Assembly (NCBI GenBank): GCA_012959275.1
Contig: DUDM01000058.1
Coordinates: forward strand, 367-61,153
Direction: 5' to 3'
Length of the DNA: 60,787 nt
From: Candidatus Poseidoniales archaeon
Lineage (GTDB): Archaea; Thermoplasmatota; Poseidoniia; Poseidoniales; Poseidoniaceae
This document shows positions 51,487-59,336 of this stretch, piece by piece. A model generated the notes under the pieces. It did no database searches. It was not told the DNA's origin and was given only the letters and a program-made list of their open reading frames with translations. A program made the translations under genes and the position numbers. Position 1 is the first letter of the stretch, and each line of letters starts with the position of its first letter.

Positions 51487-52374
51487 TCAATCTCCTAAGG
51501 AAGGTAGGCTGGGGAGGCTGGGTAGAGAAGGAAGTGATGGAAGTGAAGCAACAACAACTTCTTCCTCCTCTTCAACTTCTGGAAGTTTTGGCAAAGCAGG
51601 AGGGGTTGGAGGCAATGGGATTGGCTCATCAAGAATTGCTTCTGGGATAACACCGGGTTTTGAGCCGGATGAAAACACATCCATTCCGCCACTCACCATT
51701 CTCACTACTGGCTCTTGTACATCCTCAGGTTCATTGAGTTCAATGGACTCTTCAATTAACTCGCCAATATCGGATTCATTATTCTCGGTTTTAGGAAGGG
51801 GAACAGGAGTGGTTAAAGGAACATATTCTGTTGGCAATAAAACTTCTCCTTCGATCTTAGGGTTTTCAGCAACTACTCTTGCCGCCTCTTCTCCGAACTC
51901 ACCCTTCGATAAAGCACCCAATGCACCGCTGATTGCATCTTCACTCTGAGCTGCCATCTCATCAACTATTCCAGCCACAATCGACGCAGTAGTTGGATTG
52001 ATTGTGGTTGAAGTGGACGATATTGAAATTGCTTGGGATTCCATCGCTAAGCGCATGCTCTCTTCGTCTCCAGCATCTGGAACATGCATTTGAGGCCGAA
52101 ATCTTTGGCCCCACCATCCGGCCATAAAACCACAAGCAGAGAGAAAAAGTAAAGCCCAATCTTGAACACTGTAGGTGTGTTTTGAGCCCCAGATTACTTG
52201 GCCGCTGGCATCACCAAATAAGTCAATTAAGAAAGGGAGGCCATAGAATTTCATTCCCCAATGGCCTGGCCAAGGGGCGAAATGGATGTTTACAATTGTG
52301 AAAAACAATAACATGCCGCCAATCCAATGACCAACCATCCCAACAAGGGGATTGCGTCGCTCTCCCTCTATCAC
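51487..52374 (-). CDS. Hypothetical membrane protein (2 TM) with acidic, Pro-rich tail ending (LPS)4
   Basis: 295-aa ORF; TTGATG box 31 nt upstream of the GTG start. Confidence 0.7.
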   Translation of the reverse strand: MIEGERRNPLVGMVGHWIGGMLLFFTIVNIHFAPWPGHWGMKFYGLPFLIDLFGDASGQVIWGSKHTYSVQDWALLFLSACGFMAGWWGQRFRPQMHVPDAGDEESMRLAMESQAISISSTSTTINPTTASIVAGIVDEMAAQSEDAISGALGALSKGEFGEEAARVVAENPKIEGEVLLPTEYVPLTTPVPLPKTENNESDIGELIEESIELNEPEDVQEPVVRMVSGGMDVFSSGSKPGVIPEAILDEPIPLPPTPPALPKLPEVEEEEEVVVASLPSLPSLPSLPSLPSLGD

Positions 52375-52417
52375 GTCTGATGCACCAACCTCATCCCTTC
52401 ATCAATCCTTTCCATCA

Positions 52418-53299
52418 TCAACGAGAGAGTTTTTCAGCAGCATTAACTGTATTTGACATTAACATAGCGATAGTCATCGGACCGACTCCCCCTGGAACAG
52501 GAGATAGTATAGACGCTACTTCTGAAACATCCGGATCGACATCTCCAGCAAGAGACCAACCTCTTTCTCGAGAAGTATCTTCAACTCGGTTTACACCTAC
52601 ATCAATAACCACTGCGCCATTTTTTACCCAGTTATTCTTGACCAATCCGGCAACTCCTACAGCCGCAATTAAGACGTCTGCTTGTTGACAATGTGATTCA
52701 ATGTTTTCAGTTCTACTGTGAACAATAGAAACTGTGGCGTTACTGCCTTTTGCAGCCAACATCAAGGAAAGAGGCATTCCGACAATTCTACTTCGACCAA
52801 TTACCACGGCCCGCTTTCCAGTCAAATCCACATTTGCCCATTCTAGCATTCGCATAACACCTGCAGGAGTGCAGGGTAAATGACCATCCATACGTCCTTG
52901 AACTAAGCGTCCAAGGTTCACAGGATGGAAACCGTCAACATCTTTGTTAGGGTCTATCATATCTGTCAAACTCAATTCATCTAAGTCATCTGGTAAAGGT
53001 GATTGAACGAGAATACCATGGACAGCATCATCAGCATTTAGTTTTGAAAGTAAATCCCTCAATTCGATTTCAGAAGCATTTGCGGATAAAGAATGTCGAG
53101 TTGAGACGATTCCTAATCGTTCACATGCTCTCTCTTTTGCGCCAACATAAATCTTGCTCGCTGGATCTTCTCCAACGATGATAACAACCAAGTGAGGATT
53201 GACTCCTTTTGATTTCAAAGATGAAATCCGTTCTTTCAAATTAGCCTCGACATTCTCCGCACATGCCTTACCGTCAAGACTCTTTGCGGCCATGCTCAC
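52418..53299 (-). CDS. folD: Bifunctional methylene-THF dehydrogenase/cyclohydrolase
   Basis: KDVDGFHP, PCTPAG, GRSRIVG, PVPGGVGPMT. Confidence 0.97.
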   Translation of the reverse strand: MSMAAKSLDGKACAENVEANLKERISSLKSKGVNPHLVVIIVGEDPASKIYVGAKERACERLGIVSTRHSLSANASEIELRDLLSKLNADDAVHGILVQSPLPDDLDELSLTDMIDPNKDVDGFHPVNLGRLVQGRMDGHLPCTPAGVMRMLEWANVDLTGKRAVVIGRSRIVGMPLSLMLAAKGSNATVSIVHSRTENIESHCQQADVLIAAVGVAGLVKNNWVKNGAVVIDVGVNRVEDTSRERGWSLAGDVDPDVSEVASILSPVPGGVGPMTIAMLMSNTVNAAEKLSR

Positions 53300-53376
53300 G
53301 CCACTAACAATTCTCTCTTGACCCTACCGCACAATCCGTTTACTTCAAAAACGCCTTTCACCGCCCCTTGGCCACA

Positions 53377-53449
53377 GCCTGTGTTGCATAGCTGGTAGTG
53401 CGGCGGATTTGTAATCCGCAGGCCGGGGGTTCGAGTCCCCCCGCAGGCT
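53377..53449 (+). tRNA. tRNA-Thr(UGU), no intron, CCA not encoded
   Basis: Acceptor GCCTGTG/CGCAGGC; anticodon arm GCGGA-TTTGTAA-TCCGC; T-arm GGGGG-TTCGAGT-CCCCC. Confidence 0.96.
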
Positions 53450-53714
53450 CTTTGATTATTGGTGATATTAGCAAGCATGCTAAGTATCGCATTGCACACA
53501 ATGCTCAACCCCCGCAGGCTCTTTGATTATTGGTGATATTAGAAGCATGCTAAGTATCGCATTGTGTACAATGCTCAACCCCTGCAGGCTCTTTGATTAT
53601 GGATGATATTAGCAAGTCTGCTAAGCGCGTGTGCGTCTGCATTGACAAATAATGTTCAGCACACGCTAAGTATCGCATTGCGTACAATGCTCAACCCCTG
53701 CAGGCTCTTTGATT
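53438..53714 (+). repeat. tRNA-linked tandem array, about 71-bp unit, 3 full copies plus a partial fourth; each unit starts with the tRNA 3' end
   Basis: GCAGGCTCTTTGATT recurs at 53443, 53514, 53584 and 53700 (spacings 71, 70, 71+45). Confidence 0.95.
53626..53670. repeat. 45-bp hairpin element, copy 2, inserted in array unit 3
   Basis: Interrupts GCTAAG|TATCGC; homologous to 18699-18743. Confidence 0.88.
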
Positions 53715-53822
53715 TCTGAAGAATTGGGTATTGTGTGTTGTCCTCGCCCCCTAAGGGGGCGTGGCTTTGGATGCCTACATTGATAGGGGTTCGGTGACCC
53801 CCGTAAAGTCAGAGGCTTGCCC

Positions 53823-56800
53823 ATGCGTACCAGAATTTTGATTGGACTGTTGTTTTTGACAGCAGCTTTTGCCCCACTTGCGACTAACCAAATCCCACTT
53901 GGAATTGATGAAGTTTTCACTTCAGAAACAAATGAGGACCCCCGAGAACTCACTAAAATTAATGTATTACCAGGAACACGAACTGTGAACAATGCAGGTG
54001 GCCGTGCCCCTTGCCCAACTATCCAAACCGATGCTGGAATGACCGGTGATGCTGGAAATGAGAGTAATACATCTAGACCTCTTGGACAAAACCCAACAAC
54101 CTCGAAGACCGGCTGTATGGATGCAACTGATAGTTCAGATTGGTATTCATTCTCCTATACCCAAGGCAAGGACATCGATATCGAATTAGTTGTTCCAGCA
54201 GGTGCTGATTTCGACTTATACTTGTACGATGATGCTAATCAATATCTAGCGGACTCTTCAGAATATAACGACCCACTTGAGAAAGTAACCAGTGTTGGCT
54301 CACAAATTTCAGGGGTTGCAGGAACATACTATATCGCCCTCTACATGTATAGTGGTGATGGAGGATATACAGTTCGAACTTGGACAAATAATTCCCCTCC
54401 TGCACCTGATTTACTGACTACTGCAATTACCTCCCCAAGCCGTGGTAATGCAAGCGACGTAGTGGATATCGCATACACAATTGAAAACAAAGGAAATGAT
54501 AACAGCAGTAATTTCAATGTAACTTTCATTCTATCAGAGGATGAAATATATGACTGGTCAGATACTCTTCTATCTCATGGAGAGAATCACACAAATCTTG
54601 GTGAAAATACCAGCCTAAACAATACTGCTACCATTACAATCCCTTCCACTCTTGCGAATGGCTCCTACCATTGGTTAGTTTGGCCGGATGCTTATGGGAC
54701 GATTACAGAAAAGAATGAATCCAATAATATGATGGCAAGCCCAGTGAAGATGACGGTTGGGGAATCCTGCGAAGATTTCCACCCAAGTGGACAAGATGAT
54801 GCAAGTTCAGGCCAAGATGCAGCAACAAATTGGAGTGATGTTACAACTGCCACCGGAGATAATTACACAGGAATGATTTCTGGGTGTATGGATGGAAATG
54901 ATGGAAATGACAACTACCGCTTCGATGTACCCATCAATCACGATTTGGAAGTTGTTTTGACTAGTCAAGGAGATGACAGAGGATACATAGATATCCTTTC
55001 CTCAAATGGTTCATATGTTGATTACGACTACTCTTGGAATACCTCCACTAAGAGTGCAGCAACCTCGGGTGGAGACTATGACGGTGATGGAGGCACATTC
55101 TTCGTCAATATCAGCCATTCAGAAGGAGCAGGGAACTATACTCTCGATGTATGGACCAACTATAGTGCTCCTGCCCCGAACCTATTCGTCGAGGATGTTA
55201 GCGGACCTCTTACATCAAACCCAGGGGATTCAATAACCATCGACTTTGATATCAGCAACGATGGAAAGGTTGACTTGAGCAATTCAGCACTTGTCAGTGC
55301 GTGGCTATCAGTAAGCACCGATTGGTCAGAATACGACCATGAAATTGGTAATACTACTATCTCATCAGTAGTTGTCAATGGTACAACAAATGGTCAAATC
55401 AATGGCCTTGTCCCTCAGGATATTATTGAAGGAAATTACAGCATCATCGTCATTGTCGATGGTGATGAAATGATTGATGAAGTAAATGATGATGATAACA
55501 CTGGAATAGCCGACGATCAAGTGCAAATCGGTTCAATCCCTTCAGGATGTTCAAGCCAAAATGATGCCCTATCTGGCGGTGATGCTGGTAATGATGCTAA
55601 TAATGCATATGACCTTGGCGCAGATGCCTCAGTTGAAGTCATCGGCTGTCTCGATAAAAATAGTGATGCTTCAGATTTCTACAAGGTAACTATGAGTTCA
55701 GGGATGGACATCTCTGCAATCCTAATTGTTGCACCAAGTTCAGACTTCGACTTGGAGTTGAATAATGCTCAAGGTCAATTGATTGGCCAAAGTTGGGGAG
55801 CGGGCAGCAATGATGAAGATGTTGCGAGTGATGATGGGGCTGGCGGGGTATTCTACATTGAAGTAATAGCCTGGTCTGATGCAGGTGAATACCGATTGAT
55901 AATCAACGATGCCAAAAATCAAGTCACACCAGTATTCACCTGTGGCCAACAGATGGACCTTGGATTGAATGGAGATGCCAGCGATGCTAGCAGTAACCCA
56001 ACTGCCTTAGGAGATAATCCAATGCAAATTGGAATGGGCTGCCTAGATGGCAACGATGTTGCTGATGCATATGGCTTCTCTTTGACAGAGCAACAGAATA
56101 TTGAAATCACCTTTTCACAAGATGGGGAATCAAACTTTATGGTCGCTCTTTACGAAGGAAATAATTTCATCGAAAGTTGGGATAACACTACTGCCCTGGT
56201 AGAATGGGAGACTCTTGGTACCGAGCGTGAAGGTACCGATTCATCCTACCGCATAGTCATCGGAGCCAATGGTGGAGTGGGCTACTACAACCTTAGCATC
56301 ACCACAACTGATGCTGCTGCTCCTGATTATGTAGCGGATGCAGTAAACTGTCCTATCGACCTCATCAGTGGAGAAGAGGGATACTTTGGCTGGGAGTTCT
56401 CCAATATCAATGGAGTATCACAAGGCCCAGTTTCATTCAGTATTTCTCTTCTTGATGAAAATAGTCAAGTAATCGCAGTTCTTTACAATAGTAGTGCAAT
56501 TTTGGATTCGAGTAATGCAGAGATGGAAAGCGGAAGTTCATCCTATGGATTCCCAGAAGCGATGGAAAGCGGGTCATATTCCTGCCAACTTGAAGTTGAC
56601 CAAGAAATGCTAATCGTTGAAGATAATGAAAGCAATAACATCATCATAGGAAATTCATTCAACATCACCAATTATTGGGACCTTTGGGCAAATGACATAG
56701 ACCAAGATGGATACAATACCACCGATACTGGCGATGGAATAGTTGATGCTTGTCCTGAATCATTTGGAGAATCAACGGGAGACGGATATGGTTGCCCAGA

Positions 56801-57500
56801 TATTGATGCAGATGGTTGGTCAAACGCTAACGACATCATGCCATTAGATGCAAGCCAATGGGTTGACAGCGATGGGGATGGCTATGGTGATAATTTGACT
56901 GGCACCGACGGCGACCAATGTCCAGATGTTGCCGGAGTCTACAATGGCGAAGGTGGACAAGGCTGTCCACTTGCAGGTGCTGTTGACACTGATGGAGACG
57001 GAGTCTTCGATGAAATGGATGATTGCCCAGAAACTCCTGTCGGAGATGAAGTAGATGTCAAGGGCTGTACAATTATAGATAATACTGGCAACAATAGCAA
57101 TGGCGGGACGGACCCCGGAAACCAAGGTGGCGATGAACCAGATGATGTCATAGATGAGCCAGATGATGGAGATGGTTCAGCCGAAGAGGAAAATGATGCC
57201 GCACTAGGAGATAATGTTCTCGGACTTTCTGATGATGAAACTCTGAAATATGGAATGCTGGGTGGAGCAATCTTAGTAGTTTTACTTCTCCTAGTTTTGA
57301 TACTACGTGGCCGTGGTGGCGATGATGATGAATTAGTAATCAATCAAGCATTCAATACTGGTTTAATGAATGGAGACCCATATGGTGGAGTAGCAGCTCG
57401 CACCCCAGAGGCTATGGCATATGAGCAGCAATTGATTGCTTCTGGATATGATGCAGCAACAGCAAGAGCATATGCTGACCACTATTTTAACAACCAGTGA
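53823..57500 (+). CDS. Large membrane-anchored surface protein: PPC-like x4, CARDB x3, TSP3-like repeats, C-terminal TM
   Basis: Signal peptide; ADFDLYLYD (PPC); PDL...ExNExNN (CARDB); DxDxDG repeats; TM followed by RGR. Confidence 0.85.
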   Translation: MRTRILIGLLFLTAAFAPLATNQIPLGIDEVFTSETNEDPRELTKINVLPGTRTVNNAGGRAPCPTIQTDAGMTGDAGNESNTSRPLGQNPTTSKTGCMDATDSSDWYSFSYTQGKDIDIELVVPAGADFDLYLYDDANQYLADSSEYNDPLEKVTSVGSQISGVAGTYYIALYMYSGDGGYTVRTWTNNSPPAPDLLTTAITSPSRGNASDVVDIAYTIENKGNDNSSNFNVTFILSEDEIYDWSDTLLSHGENHTNLGENTSLNNTATITIPSTLANGSYHWLVWPDAYGTITEKNESNNMMASPVKMTVGESCEDFHPSGQDDASSGQDAATNWSDVTTATGDNYTGMISGCMDGNDGNDNYRFDVPINHDLEVVLTSQGDDRGYIDILSSNGSYVDYDYSWNTSTKSAATSGGDYDGDGGTFFVNISHSEGAGNYTLDVWTNYSAPAPNLFVEDVSGPLTSNPGDSITIDFDISNDGKVDLSNSALVSAWLSVSTDWSEYDHEIGNTTISSVVVNGTTNGQINGLVPQDIIEGNYSIIVIVDGDEMIDEVNDDDNTGIADDQVQIGSIPSGCSSQNDALSGGDAGNDANNAYDLGADASVEVIGCLDKNSDASDFYKVTMSSGMDISAILIVAPSSDFDLELNNAQGQLIGQSWGAGSNDEDVASDDGAGGVFYIEVIAWSDAGEYRLIINDAKNQVTPVFTCGQQMDLGLNGDASDASSNPTALGDNPMQIGMGCLDGNDVADAYGFSLTEQQNIEITFSQDGESNFMVALYEGNNFIESWDNTTALVEWETLGTEREGTDSSYRIVIGANGGVGYYNLSITTTDAAAPDYVADAVNCPIDLISGEEGYFGWEFSNINGVSQGPVSFSISLLDENSQVIAVLYNSSAILDSSNAEMESGSSSYGFPEAMESGSYSCQLEVDQEMLIVEDNESNNIIIGNSFNITNYWDLWANDIDQDGYNTTDTGDGIVDACPESFGESTGDGYGCPDIDADGWSNANDIMPLDASQWVDSDGDGYGDNLTGTDGDQCPDVAGVYNGEGGQGCPLAGAVDTDGDGVFDEMDDCPETPVGDEVDVKGCTIIDNTGNNSNGGTDPGNQGGDEPDDVIDEPDDGDGSAEEENDAALGDNVLGLSDDETLKYGMLGGAILVVLLLLVLILRGRGGDDDELVINQAFNTGLMNGDPYGGVAARTPEAMAYEQQLIASGYDAATARAYADHYFNNQ

Positions 57501-57572
57501 ATCGATCATATCGGATGAAAAACCCCTTAATTTGGGGATTGCTTGAAGGGGTGACACTACATGGATGAGCAC

Positions 57573-58835
57573 ATGCAGAGCGTAAATAGCGAGAAATCTC
57601 TCCAATTAGGAGTTGATTTCGCAGTTAATCTGCTCAACCCATTAGCCTCCAAAAAATCTGGTGATGATCCCATCTTTTTTTGGTTCAGCAGATATCTTTC
57701 TGCTCGTGATGCTGGACGTGATGCTGTAAATGGAACGCTTGGCTCTTTGCTCGATAATTCAGGCAACCTAATGTTGAATAGAACCGTCATTGATTCCCTG
57801 AGAAAACAAAAGGGTCACGATATGGCCGGTTATGCGCCATTAAGAGGAATTCCTGAATTTAGAGAATTGGCGATTGATTTAGCCTTGGGTGAACATCGCA
57901 AAGATATCCCAGCATCCGCTCTTTCAATAGCAACCCCTGGAGGATGCGGTGCCCTATATGCAGCAGCAAATAACTTTGCAGACCCAGGAACGAAAGTTCT
58001 GTTACGAGACCTTCATTGGGCGCCATACCAGACAATCTTGGCTGAAAATCAATTGACTAGCACAAGTTATCCACTTTGGGGTTCAGGTCTAGAACTTCAA
58101 TTAGCACTTGAAGAACTGTGTCAAAGTCAGAAGAGGATTCTCTCATGGCTGAACGACCCTGCGCACAATCCAACTGGATTGACGTTGACTTCACAAGAAA
58201 GAGAACAAACTCTCAATGCTTTCATAGATTCTGCAAATAAGAATCCAAGCATTGGCCACACACTTCTAATCGACTCTGCCTACCATCTCTATTCAGAAGA
58301 CCCACACGCTTGGGCGAGGACAATTTCAAAACTCCACGACTGGCCGAGCAATTTCCTGATCCTCTTTGCCATTTCATGTTCAAAATCTCACACAATCTAC
58401 GGCATGAGAACTGGTGCAATTGTTTGCCTACATCCAAATCAGAAATTCTTGCAAAAATTGGATGAGGTTATCCTCCATACTGGAAGAGGTACTTGGAGCG
58501 CAGCACCTCGGCTATCACAAGTTGCACTTGCCCAAATCCATGCGCAATGTGAAGATGAATGGTGTGATGAAAAGGATACACTGAAATCAATCTTGAAAGC
58601 ACGAAGAAAAGCATTCAATGAAGAATTGGACAAAGTTTCTCTCAAAGCATTACCAAATCACGATGGTTATTTCGCCTTCATCCAATGCCAAAACCCAGAA
58701 GCAGTGTGTGAATCTTGTGCTGCAGAAGATGTATACCTAGTTCCCCTAAAAGGCGGAGTTAGGATAGGTATCTGTGCAATACCGAGTGATAAGATGGCTA
58801 GAGTTGCAAATGCTCTGGCAAATGCTTTGAGGTGA
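57573..58835 (+). CDS. Class I/II PLP aminotransferase (aspartate/aromatic type)
   Basis: YAPLRG, TPGGCGAL, NDPAHNPTG, DSAY, SCSKSHTIYGMRTG. Confidence 0.9.
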   Translation: MQSVNSEKSLQLGVDFAVNLLNPLASKKSGDDPIFFWFSRYLSARDAGRDAVNGTLGSLLDNSGNLMLNRTVIDSLRKQKGHDMAGYAPLRGIPEFRELAIDLALGEHRKDIPASALSIATPGGCGALYAAANNFADPGTKVLLRDLHWAPYQTILAENQLTSTSYPLWGSGLELQLALEELCQSQKRILSWLNDPAHNPTGLTLTSQEREQTLNAFIDSANKNPSIGHTLLIDSAYHLYSEDPHAWARTISKLHDWPSNFLILFAISCSKSHTIYGMRTGAIVCLHPNQKFLQKLDEVILHTGRGTWSAAPRLSQVALAQIHAQCEDEWCDEKDTLKSILKARRKAFNEELDKVSLKALPNHDGYFAFIQCQNPEAVCESCAAEDVYLVPLKGGVRIGICAIPSDKMARVANALANALR

Positions 58836-58839
58836 AAAC

Positions 58840-59226
58840 TTGCAGCACTTGCGCACTAATTTGCTCCTAACATCCATAATTTGCTTGGTGATTGGTGCTA
58901 TGTTTATCATTTCAAAGGAAGACCTTGGGATATCCATTGGAGCACCTATTTCTTTGCTAGGAATGGTCATTTTTATGTGGGGTATTTCAATCAATGAAGA
59001 AAATGCAGTTTGGTCAAAAGAAAAGATTGCAAATTGGATTCCTGATGCTGAAGAAATGGCAGAGGCTGGACGAATAATGTACAGAGTTGATACAACGCTT
59101 GATGAGCCAATAATAACTACGGTACTATGTGGGTCATGTGGAAATATAAGCGAACAAGAGGGAGTGAAACCCAAGACCTTTACTTGTCCAACATGCTCTA
59201 AGGAATTATGGCAAGAAGAAGAATAA
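58840..59226 (+). CDS. Small 2-TM membrane protein with C-terminal zinc ribbon
   Basis: CGSC...CPTC; RBS GAGGTGA before the TTG start. Confidence 0.75.
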   Translation: MQHLRTNLLLTSIICLVIGAMFIISKEDLGISIGAPISLLGMVIFMWGISINEENAVWSKEKIANWIPDAEEMAEAGRIMYRVDTTLDEPIITTVLCGSCGNISEQEGVKPKTFTCPTCSKELWQEEE

Positions 59227-59336
59227 CATGAAGCCTTTTCACAAATTGATGGCTTAGGGCTTGTTCTCCATTGAAGGTGCATTTTGGCGGAGTTGTTGAA
59301 GAAAAGGTCATGACTTGCATTCGGCTCGAAGCCAGC

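Noticed and set aside
53438-53714. Array as a CRISPR locus
   Set aside because: Units are near-identical along their whole length with no unique spacers, they start inside the tRNA, and there are no cas genes.
53666-53992. 108-aa minus-strand ORF spanning the array end, and the 70-aa ORF antisense to the tRNA
   Set aside because: They overlap the tRNA, the repeats and the surface gene start, and have no protein motifs.
53450-57500. Integrated element at tRNA-Thr
   Set aside because: No integrase and no distal att copy seen; downstream genes look like ordinary host genes.
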